DNA of 64,000 nucleotides from positions 1,230 through 65,229 of the forward strand of contig JAUYIZ010000069.1 of the NCBI GenBank assembly GCA_030688615.1, given 5' to 3'. Positions 19,308 through 29,024 of this stretch are shown here, piece by piece. Source of the stretch: Desulfobacterales bacterium (GTDB lineage: Bacteria > Desulfobacterota > Desulfobacteria > Desulfobacterales > JAUYIZ01). Under the pieces are notes generated by a model. That model was not told the DNA's origin. It searched no databases and saw only the letters and a program-made list of their open reading frames with translations. A program made the position numbers and the translations under genes. Every line of letters begins with the position of its first letter. The first letter of the stretch is position 1.

Positions 19308-20216
19308 ATGAAACTGACTTTCGAATCTGATTTTGTTGAAAGCGCTGTCTTTCTAGCCATTCGGCAGAACGAAGCAGAGGGTTCAGGTGGATCTGCGAAG
19401 CAGTGGCATACGCAAAGAGACAAAATTTACGCCGTCAAGGATACCCAAAGCCGTGCGAAGGCATTTCGCGAGCTGGATGAAGAATGGTTTATTCGTCTCG
19501 GATTAAGGCAAAGATTTGACTCCCTGCTTAATGTCTTTCCCATCCTCGAGGATACCTCTTTAGTTATCCGCATCCGCCGTGCCCTCTCCCGGAAGGATGA
19601 AGGATCAGAGCTTTACATTCAGGGAAAGGTGAAGACAAACCTGATAAAATTTCAGACGGTACGGTTATTTGAAGCTGATTATTTGGAAAAATTTCTGCAT
19701 CATGAATGGCTGCGTGTCTCGGATATGCTGGACCCCGTATTTCAGTACTCTCCTCATGCGGCTTTGAGCGGCGCAAGTGAACTCGAGGATAATCTGATTC
19801 GTGATCGGTACCGTCTCTTATGGGAGTTTTATGTAAGTATCAGACTTTTAAAAATGGGATTTCGCATCTTGACTTCTTTAACCCGGCAGAAGCAGCTTAT
19901 GGACCGAGCTTTTTCAAAATGGACGGCAGAGGCACGAGAGAAGATACTCTGGGAAATTGCGAATCAAAAACACCAGACACAATCCGATTTTCTCAAATTG
20001 GCGAAAGATGAAAAACTCATGGTTCCGTTGGGACAAGGGGGGCTCCTTTGCCCTCTTTGTCATTTTACAAGTTTTGATCCGGCGGATCTTTCTTTTCAGC
20101 AGAATCCCATGGTTATCGAGGAGATCAAGAGAGATCATCCTAACTGGAACATCGACTGGGGTATTTGTCAGAACTGTTTTGATCTTTATCAATCAAAACC
20201 GAGGGTCGCAGTATGA
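19308..20216 (+). CDS. hypothetical protein with C-terminal CxxC...CxxC zinc-ribbon-like motif
   Basis: Uninterrupted ~300-aa ORF adjoining the chaperone gene. CPLCHF ... CQNCFDLY at the C-terminus. No family recognised. Confidence 0.5.
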   Translation: MKLTFESDFVESAVFLAIRQNEAEGSGGSAKQWHTQRDKIYAVKDTQSRAKAFRELDEEWFIRLGLRQRFDSLLNVFPILEDTSLVIRIRRALSRKDEGSELYIQGKVKTNLIKFQTVRLFEADYLEKFLHHEWLRVSDMLDPVFQYSPHAALSGASELEDNLIRDRYRLLWEFYVSIRLLKMGFRILTSLTRQKQLMDRAFSKWTAEAREKILWEIANQKHQTQSDFLKLAKDEKLMVPLGQGGLLCPLCHFTSFDPADLSFQQNPMVIEEIKRDHPNWNIDWGICQNCFDLYQSKPRVAV

Positions 20217-20370
20217 TCCCATCACCTGCTTTTCTGCCGTTTCTTTCAGATGGATGGATAATTGAAACGGCAGAATGTTTTTCAGAAATAATCCTATCGC
20301 CTGCATATCCGTCGAAGACGGATTGGCCTTTGGACCAAATGCAGGCGACAGGATTAAAGCAGGTGATGGG

Positions 20371-20778
20371 ATGAAGGCGCAGGAGACAGTAGCCCAAATC
20401 AATCGCAGAGAATTTTTAAGGGAACTGCCCCGGCATTTGCTTCAGAAGTTTGTCGCCGTTGCGAGGGAGGGTATCTTCGCATTTTCTCCCAGGACAGAAG
20501 AAAAGGTTCCTGCGCAGGATCTTGTGGCGCAGGTTGAGATTTCACGCTGCCATGCCTGGAGCGGACTGATTTGCCAGCAGTGTTATCTTGCCTGCCCGAA
20601 ACGCGATCAGTCGATCGAAATGCGGGACCAGAAGCCGGTGATCATGGCTTCTGTTTGTGACGGCTGTGCGATGTGTGTCAGCGCCTGCCAAACGGTCAAT
20701 GACTTGACGGCCATTCGGATGGTCTCCCGCGTGCCTGCATCCCTCAATATCGGGATGGCAAGGGAGGTGATGTCATGA
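20371..20778 (+). CDS. 2x[4Fe-4S] ferredoxin with N-terminal RREFLR motif (NapF-like)
   Basis: CxxCxxxCP (ICQQCYLACP) and CxxCxxCxxxC (CDGCAMCVSAC). There is an N-terminal twin-arginine motif NRREFLRELP with no obvious hydrophobic h-region, as in NapF-type maturation ferredoxins. Confidence 0.6.
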   Translation: MKAQETVAQINRREFLRELPRHLLQKFVAVAREGIFAFSPRTEEKVPAQDLVAQVEISRCHAWSGLICQQCYLACPKRDQSIEMRDQKPVIMASVCDGCAMCVSACQTVNDLTAIRMVSRVPASLNIGMAREVMS

Positions 20779-20930
20779 GTATGCCGGGACCTTTAGAGCT
20801 TGTTGTGATTTTCTTAGTTGTCCTTTTGATCTTCGGACCCAAACAGATTAGCGGGATTGCAAGAGGGTTGGGAGAAGGTATTAAGGAATTTAAAAAAGCT
20901 ATCAGCTTTGATGATAAAAAGCAAAGCTGA
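20775..20930 (+). CDS. tatA: second TatA/E paralog (51 aa; below the ORF-track length cut-off)
   Basis: Hand translation gives [51 protein letters not shown]. The ATG overlaps the ferredoxin stop (ATGA). It is closely parallel to the TatA at 8828. Confidence 0.75.
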   Translation: MSMPGPLELVVIFLVVLLIFGPKQISGIARGLGEGIKEFKKAISFDDKKQS

Positions 20931-20952
20931 ATCAATCTAACGGAGGGAATCT

Positions 20953-21666
20953 ATGAGAAGCATTCATAAAGTGCTTACGGTGTTCGGACTATTCTTTCTG
21001 ATCACGGTACTCGGTGACGCCGGTTATGCTGCCACGATTTCGGGCAAGGTCCTATTTGAAGGAACGGCACCGGAAGCTACGAAGCTGGATATGGCGGCAG
21101 ATCCCACTTGCGCAGCGCTTCACCCGGGTGGTTTGGAATCGGAGGAAGTTATTGTGAATCCAAGCGGAACGCTCAAAAATGTTTTTGTCTATGTCAAACA
21201 AGGTCTGGAGGGTCAAACTTTTGAGCCGCCCAAGCAGCCCGTTGTCCTAGATCAACAGGGATGTCACTATATTCCCCATGTTTTTGGGGTACAGGCAGGG
21301 CAGCCCCTGGAAATTATGAATAGTGATGCAACGCTTCATAATGTCCATGCCCTTGCAACGGCGAACAAGGAATTCAATCTCGGGATGCCGATCCAAGGCA
21401 TGAGACTCAAAAAGACATTCGACAAACCCGAGGTCATGGCCAAATTCAAATGCGACGTTCATCCGTGGATGTCGGCTTATGCCGGGGTGCTCGACCACCC
21501 CTTTTTCGGCGTCACAAATGAAGAAGGCGCATTTATCATCAAGGATCTTCCTCCGGGAAGTTATGTTTTGGCGGCCTGGCATGAGAAATATGGGTCGCAG
21601 TCGCAACCGGTAAGTGTCGGAGAGGACGACATATCTGACTTGTCGTTTCAATATTCAGGGTCCTGA
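20953..21666 (+). CDS. secreted cupredoxin-like protein (C-x2-H-x2-M site) with carboxypeptidase-regulatory-like domains
   Basis: Signal peptide VFGLFFLITVLGDAGYA. Candidate type-1 Cu ligand pattern LHNVHA ... KCDVHPWM. The C-terminal GAFIIKDLPPGSYVLAAWHEKYG is an Ig-like/CarboxypepD_reg-type strand pattern. Confidence 0.5.
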   Translation: MRSIHKVLTVFGLFFLITVLGDAGYAATISGKVLFEGTAPEATKLDMAADPTCAALHPGGLESEEVIVNPSGTLKNVFVYVKQGLEGQTFEPPKQPVVLDQQGCHYIPHVFGVQAGQPLEIMNSDATLHNVHALATANKEFNLGMPIQGMRLKKTFDKPEVMAKFKCDVHPWMSAYAGVLDHPFFGVTNEEGAFIIKDLPPGSYVLAAWHEKYGSQSQPVSVGEDDISDLSFQYSGS

Positions 21667-21678
21667 AGGAGAAGCGTA

Positions 21679-22074
21679 ATGATGCAGTGGGATGAACGGT
21701 ATGCAACGGGCGAAGAGACGATTGATTCTCAGCATAAACTGCTTTTCAAATTTCTTAATGATTTAAAGCGTGACATTCTGGCGGGGAAATCTCCCCATGA
21801 TTTTGAGGATCACATCGGGTTTTTGTCTAATTATGCCAAATCGCATTTCTGTTATGAAGAATCGTGCATGGACCGGTACCAATGTCCAGCTGCTCAGAAA
21901 AATAAAGAAGCGCATAGGGAATTTATGGAATTCTATAGCGCTTATGAAAAGAAAATTAAAAGAAAAGGCTATGCGCCGGGGGACATTGCGGAGCTCTGTC
22001 ACTTTATTGAGGAGTGGATTGTCCGGCACATTCAGAGGATTGACGGCCAATTAAAACCATGCATCCGGTCCTAA
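21679..22074 (+). CDS. bacteriohemerythrin
   Basis: MQWDERYATGEETIDSQHKLLFKFLNDL ... HFCYEE ... HIQRID is the classic hemerythrin His/Glu/Asp ligand pattern. 131 aa. Confidence 0.85.
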   Translation: MMQWDERYATGEETIDSQHKLLFKFLNDLKRDILAGKSPHDFEDHIGFLSNYAKSHFCYEESCMDRYQCPAAQKNKEAHREFMEFYSAYEKKIKRKGYAPGDIAELCHFIEEWIVRHIQRIDGQLKPCIRS

Positions 22075-22134
22075 AGCAGTCACAAGATCCGCCCTTTGTT
22101 TGGCAAATGTTGCAGGATGATAAGGAGCCGCAGC

Positions 22135-23133
22135 ATGATCACGAGTGAAACGGAAAAACCAAGATTTGAATATGATTCGAGAGTAAATCCCTATTTCCCG
22201 CATCAGGTTTTGATGGAAACGACCAGTGCGTGTCAGCTCCGGTGCGTTATGTGCGCCCGGGAACAGGCGCTGATGAAAGGGACTTTGAAAGTGGATCATA
22301 TGGAAGAGTGGCTTGCGATGAAAATCATCGAGGAAATCGCGGCGGTTAATCCCAAAACGCGTTTCTGGTTCTGTTTCTTTGGAGAGCCGACTATTTCCAA
22401 ACAAATATGGCGGCGGGTCAAGATTGCCAAAGAAAAGAAGATCGAAACAACCATCATCAATAGTAACGGGAATCTCTTAACCCCTACCATGTGTGACCAG
22501 ATTATCGAATGCGGACTGGACGAAATCTATGTGGGACTTGATGCTGCAACCTCGGAGACCTATTCGCGGGTTCGCGTCAGGGGGAATTTTGAGAAGGTCG
22601 TACAGGGAGTCCACTATCTGCTCAAACATAAGGGAGACAATTTGAAGGTTACGGTTCAGTTCGGCGTTTATGATGAGAATGAACACGAGCTTGAGCAGTT
22701 TAAGAAATATTGGACGGATTTGGGGGTTCCTATTTTCGTGCGTCCCAAAATGACGTGGCTGGGTTATTTATCGGAACATTATCATACAGACGAAAACCGA
22801 TATCCTTGTCCCTGGATTCTTGACAGTCTTCCCATTTATTACAATGGGCTCGTTCCTTTTTGCGTCGTCGATTGGGATAACCGCATGCCCGTCGGTGATA
22901 TTAAAAAGCAGAGTATTACGGAAGTCTGGCAGACGTCCTACCGCAAATGGCAAAACCATCATTTGGCTGGAAAGTTTAAGGAGCTTCCTAAATTTTGTCG
23001 GCAATGCCGGGACTGGCAGACCAAACCTCTGCGTGGTCAGGTCAAGAACCTCTTCGGGGAAAAGAAAACGTTTGACGACATTCATATGGCTAAACCCGAT
23101 TTTGTGAAAACAACGGATTTTTTCGAATCATGA
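22135..23133 (+). CDS. radical SAM / SPASM-domain protein
   Basis: Radical-SAM box SACQLRCVMCAR. C-terminal Cys-rich SPASM/twitch-like region (CPW ... FCVVDW ... CRQCRDW). Confidence 0.7.
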   Translation: MITSETEKPRFEYDSRVNPYFPHQVLMETTSACQLRCVMCAREQALMKGTLKVDHMEEWLAMKIIEEIAAVNPKTRFWFCFFGEPTISKQIWRRVKIAKEKKIETTIINSNGNLLTPTMCDQIIECGLDEIYVGLDAATSETYSRVRVRGNFEKVVQGVHYLLKHKGDNLKVTVQFGVYDENEHELEQFKKYWTDLGVPIFVRPKMTWLGYLSEHYHTDENRYPCPWILDSLPIYYNGLVPFCVVDWDNRMPVGDIKKQSITEVWQTSYRKWQNHHLAGKFKELPKFCRQCRDWQTKPLRGQVKNLFGEKKTFDDIHMAKPDFVKTTDFFES

Positions 23134-23987
23134 ACATTTGTACTTATCAAACAGCAGAATTTAATTATGAATGCGGCCTAAAGGCTCTGCCCGGTAAGTC
23201 AATGTGCTTTTGGCATACACCAAAAGGGGATATGAAGACGGTAGATCTTTACCGTCAGTATCTACGGCATGAAGAAAAACTTACGGATGCGCTCCACGGC
23301 TTTCCGGAAAAGAAATTGATCGGTTTTCAACTTCCGCGCGTTACATTGAAGGGAACGGACTTTTTTCGCTTTGATTTCAGTCTTGTCAACCTGTCCCATA
23401 GTGATTTTTCCCATGCCTTTCTCAGGGAGACTCGTTTTATGAAAATCGTCGGTCAAGAAGGATGCTTTGATAAAGCGAATTTCAATCGATCCTTATTGAA
23501 TGACTCTAACTGGGAGAGAGCGTCTTTCCGCGAAGCCTATTTGAATGAATGTGAGATCAAGCGGTGCGAAGTGTCCGGAGCAGATTTCACATTTGCACAG
23601 ATCCGGAATTCCTGCCTAGACGGCTCCCGGGGCAAGCAGCTTAAAATGGATGAAGCTAATTTTACAGAGACAAGCTTTAAGTCCGTTGATTTAGAGGATA
23701 TTTCGTGCCGGATGTCCCAATTATTGAACGCAAAGTTTCTGGAAGCGCGGATAAAAAATGCGGTTTTTGATGAATCCACCCTGATAGGAGCTCAGTTCTT
23801 AAAGGTTGTTTTTGAAAATGTCCGGTTCCATGAGGTGAATATGCGCCGTTGCGAAATACGAAACTCGGTTTTCAGGGCGTGTGAATTTCGTAATGTTGAT
23901 TTTTCTGAATCTCAATATGAGGACAATGTATTTGAATCCTGCCATTTTATAGAATGTAAAAAACCGGCTTTAGCTGTAGCCGGATGA
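23130..23987 (+). CDS. pentapeptide-repeat protein
   Basis: Long run of A(D/N)LXX-type quintets (LSHSDFSHAFLRETRF, ANFNRSLLNDSNWERASFREAYLNECE ...). ATGA overlap with the radical-SAM gene. Confidence 0.75.
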   Translation: MNICTYQTAEFNYECGLKALPGKSMCFWHTPKGDMKTVDLYRQYLRHEEKLTDALHGFPEKKLIGFQLPRVTLKGTDFFRFDFSLVNLSHSDFSHAFLRETRFMKIVGQEGCFDKANFNRSLLNDSNWERASFREAYLNECEIKRCEVSGADFTFAQIRNSCLDGSRGKQLKMDEANFTETSFKSVDLEDISCRMSQLLNAKFLEARIKNAVFDESTLIGAQFLKVVFENVRFHEVNMRRCEIRNSVFRACEFRNVDFSESQYEDNVFESCHFIECKKPALAVAG

Positions 23988-23993
23988 TGTGCA

Positions 23994-24122
23994 TTCTCCG
24001 ATTTCAGAGACCTAAGGCTTAAGGTCGAGAGCTAGGGTTCCTGAAACACGAGGGTTATTCTGGAAACGGAATAGCCTCCCGAATCCGCCGCGATTACTGG
24101 CGGACGAATTGGAAAGGAGAGA
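23994..24122 (+). ncRNA. candidate Moco (molybdenum cofactor) riboswitch
   Basis: The leader contains tCTCCGAtttcagag, GGAAACGG, AGCCTCCCGAATCC, the hairpin GCCGCgattactgGCGG and a terminal GGAAAGGAGAG that doubles as the SD. It has the same element order as the moaA leader at 30066..30188. It resembles the Moco RNA motif as I recall it. Confidence 0.45.
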
Positions 24123-24126
24123 AAAA

Positions 24127-24309
24127 GTGCTATCCGAACCACTTGTCGACTCTTTGGGTCGACGGATTACTTATCTTCGAATTTTATCCAAGGATCTCTG
24201 CAGTTTTCGTTGCATTTCTTGCCTGCCGTTGTCTTTGCATGTGAACCGGTTCCTGCAGGTCCCGCAGAGATTCTCCTTTCTTTCTGGTGAAGACTTTTAT
24301 AAACTGTGA
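24127..24309 (+). pseudogene. moaA 5' remnant (first ~60 codons only)
   Basis: VLSEPLVDSLGRRITYLRILSKDLCSFRCISCLP parallels the intact MoaA N-terminus ([27 protein letters not shown], 30192..). It keeps CX3CX2C but terminates after 60 codons, just before the next gene. Confidence 0.65.
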
Positions 24310-24337
24310 CATTGGAATTGATATTGGAGATTGTTTT

Positions 24338-25393
24338 ATGGTGATTCGTCTTCATAGAAAAGCACTCATTAACGGGGTCTTGGCAAGCGCCATGCTTGCC
24401 GTGCTGATTTTTGTCGGTTCTAGAAGATTGCTTTATTTTGATGCGGTTTTGATACCCTATCTTTTTGCCACGATTTTTGCGGTTATGGGAATCGTTTACC
24501 GGTATACCGTATGGCTGGATCGCCCGCCCACCAGGAGGTTATGGAAGCGGAGTGTGGCAGCATTAAAGAGCAGGGGAGTTTTCAAAGAGATTGCCGGCAT
24601 TGGCCGGGGCATCATCCAGCATGTTATTTTGCAACGTTTTATCCGGAACCGGAGCTTTTATCGGTGGATCATGCACTTTTCTTTGGCATGGGGCACACTC
24701 ATCGCATTCGCGATTACTTTTCCTCTGGTTTTTGGCTGGCTTCATTTTGAGACGGTTTCCGCTACTCCAAAACTTTATCAGCTTTATGTCTTTGGATTCC
24801 CACAGCTGATTTTTCATCCGGATGAAATCATTGGCTTTTTCTTTTTCAATGCGCTGAACTTTTGCTCCCTATTGGTTATTCTGGGGACTGTCATGGCGTT
24901 TACACGCCGCATCCTTCGTCCGGATGTGGTTGCCGGCCAGAGTTTTGCGAATGACATGCTTCCGCTTCTTATTTTATTTGCCGTTGCCGTTACCGGACTT
25001 TTTTTGACATTCAGTGCGCGTTTTCTGGACGGTGAGCATTACCGGGTGCTCTCGACGCTTCATTGTTTTACCGTCGTTGTTTTTCTTGTTTATCTGCCCT
25101 TTGGCAAATTCTTTCATATTTTCCAGCGGGGCGCCCAGCTCGGAGCGTCTATCTATATCCGGGAAAGATCATCCGGTGAAAAAGCCGTATGCCCAAAATG
25201 TCAGACCTCTTTCACAAGCCGTATGCAGATGCAGGATGTGAAGGAAACTCTCCATGAAACGGGGTTCCGGTACGGGGATTCGAATGAAGCGCCTGTTCAG
25301 GATCTTTGCCCCCTATGCCGGCGCAAGCTTTTGATGTGGTCTCAGCACCGGCAGTTACGGGGTCATTTTGACCGTGAAAAGGCAGGTAAGTGA
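24338..25393 (+). CDS. NarI/DsrM/HdrE-like polytopic membrane protein with C-terminal CxxC...CxxC tail
   Basis: Several TM segments. [13 protein letters not shown] and the [10 protein letters not shown] motif are typical of NarI-like b-type cytochrome subunits. The cytoplasmic tail carries CPKC ... CPLC. ATG 24338 follows GGAGA. Confidence 0.5.
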   Translation: MVIRLHRKALINGVLASAMLAVLIFVGSRRLLYFDAVLIPYLFATIFAVMGIVYRYTVWLDRPPTRRLWKRSVAALKSRGVFKEIAGIGRGIIQHVILQRFIRNRSFYRWIMHFSLAWGTLIAFAITFPLVFGWLHFETVSATPKLYQLYVFGFPQLIFHPDEIIGFFFFNALNFCSLLVILGTVMAFTRRILRPDVVAGQSFANDMLPLLILFAVAVTGLFLTFSARFLDGEHYRVLSTLHCFTVVVFLVYLPFGKFFHIFQRGAQLGASIYIRERSSGEKAVCPKCQTSFTSRMQMQDVKETLHETGFRYGDSNEAPVQDLCPLCRRKLLMWSQHRQLRGHFDREKAGK

Positions 25394-25394
25394 T

Positions 25395-27581
25395 ATGGCA
25401 GATCTTCCAATTTCAAAAGAAAAGATAGAAAAACAGTTTGGCCCCCATTTAAAATTTGAGCCTCCAGGGGGATGGGAGATGGCTTCCGAAGAGCCGGACG
25501 CGCGCGTCAAAACCCATTGCTGTTTCTGCGGGCAGGGCTGCGGCATTATTCTGAAGATCAAAAGTAATCAGGTTATTGGGTTCGATCCGTGGGAAGAATT
25601 TCCTTTTAATGAGGGTAAGCTGTGTCCCAAGGGTGTGAAACGTTATATGCAGGGCAGTCACCCGGACCGGCTGATGTTTCCGCTCGAGAACCGGCCGGGG
25701 AAAGGCTACGAACGCATTGATTGGAATACCGCGTATGACCGTGTGGTCGAGGCTATTCATAAAATTCAGAAAGTGTACGGAAAGGACAGCTTCGCTCTTT
25801 TGTCCGGTGTTTCGCTGACGAATGAAAAATCCTATCTTATCGGCAAGTTTGCCCGCGTGGCACTACAAACCGCCAATCTCGATTACAACGGGAGGCTTTG
25901 CATGGTCTCGGCCGGGACAGGAAACAAGAAGGCTTTCGGGGTGGACCGTGCGGCCAATTCCTGGGCCGATATTCTGGAGACTGATTTGATCCTTTGCGCG
26001 GGCACGAATGTTTCGGAATGCGCGCCGATTACAACCGATTATATCTGGCGGGCCCGTGACCGCGGCGCCAAACTGATTGTGGTCGACCCGCGTATTACGC
26101 CGATTGCCAGAACCGCTGACCTGATCCTTCCGGTCCGGCCAGGCACCGATTCGCATCTTTTTAATACGCTCCTTCATCTCCTTATACAAAACGGAAAAAT
26201 TGATGAAAAATTTATCCGGGATCACACGCTGGGCTTTGATGAAGTTAAAAAGACAGTGGCTTCCTACACTCCGGAAGCGTGTGAAAAAATTACGGGGGTT
26301 CCAGCCAAGAGTATCCGTCTGGCTGCCCAGTGGTGGGGAGAGGCCAAGCGCAGTTTTCTTCTGCATGCCCGGGGCATTGAGCATCATACAAAGGGTGTCG
26401 ACAATGTTTTGTCCTGCATTAATCTCGTCCTCGCAACCGGTCGTATCGGCAAGCCCGGATGCGGTTACGGTACCATTACCGGTCAGGGCAACGGTCAGGG
26501 CGGGCGCGAACACGGACACAAGTGCGACCAACTCCCCGGGAACCGGGACATTACCAACCCAGAACATCGTAAGCATATTGCCGGAATCTGGGGCATTGAC
26601 GAAAACGACCTTCCGGGAAAAGGGCTTTCGGCGCAGGAAATCATGAATGAGATCCACGCCGGGAAAATCAAAGGTCTTCTGAGTATTTGTTTCAATCCTG
26701 CCGTAAGCCTGCCGGACGCCCGTTTTACGGAGGAGGCTTTAAAGAAGCTCGAGTTTTATGTGGTGATCGATTTTTTCATGAACGAGAGCGCGCGTTTTGC
26801 CAATATCATCCTGCCGGGATCCCTGCATGAAGAAGATGAAGGTACTGCCACCACAGCCGAAGGCCGTGTCATTCGAATCCGCAAGGCGGTCGACACGCCG
26901 GGCGAAGCCAAGGTGGACTGGCACATTTTTCTGGACTTGGCCAAAAGGCTGGGAAAAGAAAAATATTTTAATTATTCCTGCGCGGAGGATATTTTTAATG
27001 AATTGCGTGTTGCTTCAAAAGACAGCACAGTGGATTACTACGGGATCACTTATGAGAAGATCGAAAAAAACATGGGCATTTTCTGGCCCTGCCCATCTTT
27101 GGACCATCCCGGAACGCCCAGGCTTTTCGAGGGCGGAAAATTTGCGCATCCGGACGGCAAAGCACGATTCCTTTCAGTTGAGTACCGGCCTTCAGCCGAT
27201 GAAATTAATGAAGAGTATCCAGTTTATCTGACGACCGGACGTGTTATTTATCATTACTTGTCGGGCACCCAGACCCGCCGGATTGGTTTTCTCAACCAGG
27301 AATGTCCCGATCCCTATCTTGAGGTCCATCCCAAATTAGCCCAAAAATACGGCCTGGCGGAAGGTGATTCTGTCAAAATTACTTCGCGGCGCGGCAGTCT
27401 GGTTCTCAAGACGAAGGTGGTGAAAACAATTCGTCCCGATACGGTCTTTATTCCTTATCACTGGGCGGATGAGAAATCGGCAAATATTCTGACTCAGAGG
27501 GCACTGGACCCGCTTTCGAAAATACCGGAGTTTAAATTCAGCGCGGTCCGGATCGAGAAGGTGAATCATGCCATTTCCTGA
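25395..27581 (+). CDS. molybdopterin (bis-MGD) oxidoreductase catalytic subunit, NasA/NarB/NapA-like, no signal peptide
   Basis: N-terminal 4Fe-4S box [10 protein letters not shown] ... GKLCPKG. Cys Mo-ligand context [11 protein letters not shown]-terminal MopB barrel ([20 protein letters not shown] ... FIPYHW). Confidence 0.8.
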   Translation: MADLPISKEKIEKQFGPHLKFEPPGGWEMASEEPDARVKTHCCFCGQGCGIILKIKSNQVIGFDPWEEFPFNEGKLCPKGVKRYMQGSHPDRLMFPLENRPGKGYERIDWNTAYDRVVEAIHKIQKVYGKDSFALLSGVSLTNEKSYLIGKFARVALQTANLDYNGRLCMVSAGTGNKKAFGVDRAANSWADILETDLILCAGTNVSECAPITTDYIWRARDRGAKLIVVDPRITPIARTADLILPVRPGTDSHLFNTLLHLLIQNGKIDEKFIRDHTLGFDEVKKTVASYTPEACEKITGVPAKSIRLAAQWWGEAKRSFLLHARGIEHHTKGVDNVLSCINLVLATGRIGKPGCGYGTITGQGNGQGGREHGHKCDQLPGNRDITNPEHRKHIAGIWGIDENDLPGKGLSAQEIMNEIHAGKIKGLLSICFNPAVSLPDARFTEEALKKLEFYVVIDFFMNESARFANIILPGSLHEEDEGTATTAEGRVIRIRKAVDTPGEAKVDWHIFLDLAKRLGKEKYFNYSCAEDIFNELRVASKDSTVDYYGITYEKIEKNMGIFWPCPSLDHPGTPRLFEGGKFAHPDGKARFLSVEYRPSADEINEEYPVYLTTGRVIYHYLSGTQTRRIGFLNQECPDPYLEVHPKLAQKYGLAEGDSVKITSRRGSLVLKTKVVKTIRPDTVFIPYHWADEKSANILTQRALDPLSKIPEFKFSAVRIEKVNHAIS

Positions 27582-28191
27582 ATCATCTGGCGATCCGGAG
27601 AACGATTTTTTTGTGGATCCCCAAAGATGTATTGGCTGCCAGGCGTGTGTCGCCGCCTGTGCCGAATGCAGTACCCACAAGGGTGTGCCCATGATTCATC
27701 TGGATTTCTTCGACCGGGCGCAATCGGTTAAGACTGCCCCGGTTGTATGCATGCACTGTGACCTTCCGTCATGCGCGGCAGCCTGCCCGGCGGATGCGAT
27801 CAAACGTACCGAAGACGGAGTGGTTCAATCATCGCTGAGTCCCCGTTGTATCGGGTGTTCTAATTGTGAAGTGGCCTGTCCTTTTGGTGTCCCGAAGATT
27901 ATGCAGGAATCCGCCCAGATGATGAAATGCGACATGTGTTATGATCGGACTTCTGCCGGTCTCAAGCCGATGTGTGCGACAGTATGTCCGTCGCAGGCGC
28001 TTTATTTCGGGCCGCGCACGGAAATTGAAAAAAATAGACAAAATAAACCGGTAAACACCTTTCAATTTGGTCGTCAAATGGTCACGACAAAGGTTTATCT
28101 GATGACTGCGGATGCTGATGCGCCTCTGGATCTCGATGTTGTTGATTTTATCAGCCAGCCGGAGTTGGGCGAAGAAGCGCCATGGGCCTAG
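27568..28191 (+). CDS. 4x[4Fe-4S] ferredoxin-type electron-transfer subunit (DmsB/HybA-like)
   Basis: [37 protein letters not shown] and CDMCYDR ... CATVCP. Overlaps the catalytic-subunit stop. Confidence 0.8.
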   Translation: MPFPESSGDPENDFFVDPQRCIGCQACVAACAECSTHKGVPMIHLDFFDRAQSVKTAPVVCMHCDLPSCAAACPADAIKRTEDGVVQSSLSPRCIGCSNCEVACPFGVPKIMQESAQMMKCDMCYDRTSAGLKPMCATVCPSQALYFGPRTEIEKNRQNKPVNTFQFGRQMVTTKVYLMTADADAPLDLDVVDFISQPELGEEAPWA

Positions 28192-28208
28192 TGACGTGAG
28201 GGAAGCAA

Positions 28209-28733
28209 ATGAATAGCTCAAAAGAAAATCAGTGTCCCAAAGAATCTTTGACGCCCAAGTGGAAGGAAGATTTTCCTGTCGATGTGGATCAGGATGCTCA
28301 TATTGCCAGGCGTGACTTTATCCGTTTTCTGTTTCTTGTATCGCTTGGGCTTTTTACGGGAACCTTGGGAACTTTTTGGAAAGGCCTTTTTCGTTCGGAT
28401 CGAAAAATCAAACCCTTCAGGATTCTTGGTAAAGAGGACGTAGAGGTCGAGGGCTCGTACGTCTTTCAACTTCCGGACGCCAAGGGGCCGGCCATCCTGG
28501 TCCGTTTGGGGACTGACGAATTCGTGGCGTACTCGCAGAAATGTACCCATCTGCAATGTCCTGTCATTTGGCGGAGCAAGGAGTCGAAACTGTACTGTCC
28601 CTGCCATCATGGAGCATTCAATGTCAAGACAGGTGATGTGCTTTACGGACCGCCGGACCGAGCGCTTCCTAGAATTCATCTTGATTTCCGTCCGGATGGT
28701 ATTTACTTCAAAAGCATGGACCCGGGGCTTTAA
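28209..28733 (+). CDS. Rieske [2Fe-2S] protein with twin-arginine signal/anchor
   Basis: CTHLQCPV and CPCHHGAF Rieske boxes. N-terminal ARRDFIRFLFLVSLGLFTGTLG is a Tat motif followed by a hydrophobic segment, as in AioB/PetA-type Rieske subunits. Confidence 0.8.
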   Translation: MNSSKENQCPKESLTPKWKEDFPVDVDQDAHIARRDFIRFLFLVSLGLFTGTLGTFWKGLFRSDRKIKPFRILGKEDVEVEGSYVFQLPDAKGPAILVRLGTDEFVAYSQKCTHLQCPVIWRSKESKLYCPCHHGAFNVKTGDVLYGPPDRALPRIHLDFRPDGIYFKSMDPGL

Positions 28734-28748
28734 CCTCTAGAGGATTTT

Positions 28749-29024
28749 ATGAGATTCAAAAATCGAAATACCGAAACAGTTCAAATGGTTGAAAACCTTT
28801 CCTTGATTCTAAGCCTGGGGGCGATCTTTATTCAAATTTGGGTACTGATGTGGGCCGTCGAGTCCTATCTTGCGGCCAGAACGGGGTTGCTCGGTTCCGC
28901 ACTTGTCTTGAGCGGTATGGCACTTGCCTGCTGTGCACTCACCGCCTGGACTACGACGTTGAACCCTTTGAATAAAAGAAGACACAAAAAAAGGGCCGGG
29001 GAGCCGCGACATGACTTTGTTTAA
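28749..29024 (+). CDS. small two-TM membrane protein, unknown function
   Basis: 91 aa with two hydrophobic helices and a basic C-terminus. Overlaps the start of the next gene. Confidence 0.4.
   Translation: MRFKNRNTETVQMVENLSLILSLGAIFIQIWVLMWAVESYLAARTGLLGSALVLSGMALACCALTAWTTTLNPLNKRRHKKRAGEPRHDFV

Noticed and set aside
23963-23982. Hairpin CCGGCT-ttagctgt-AGCCGG at the end of the pentapeptide gene, considered as a terminator
   Set aside because: It lies inside the coding sequence, has only a 6-bp stem, and is not followed by a T-run.
25395-27581. Calling the 737-aa Mo subunit an assimilatory nitrate reductase (nasA/narB)
   Set aside because: Sequence features fit, but the operon partners (NarI-like membrane protein, DmsB-like FeS, Tat-signal Rieske) are not those of Nas systems. 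The substrate is left open.
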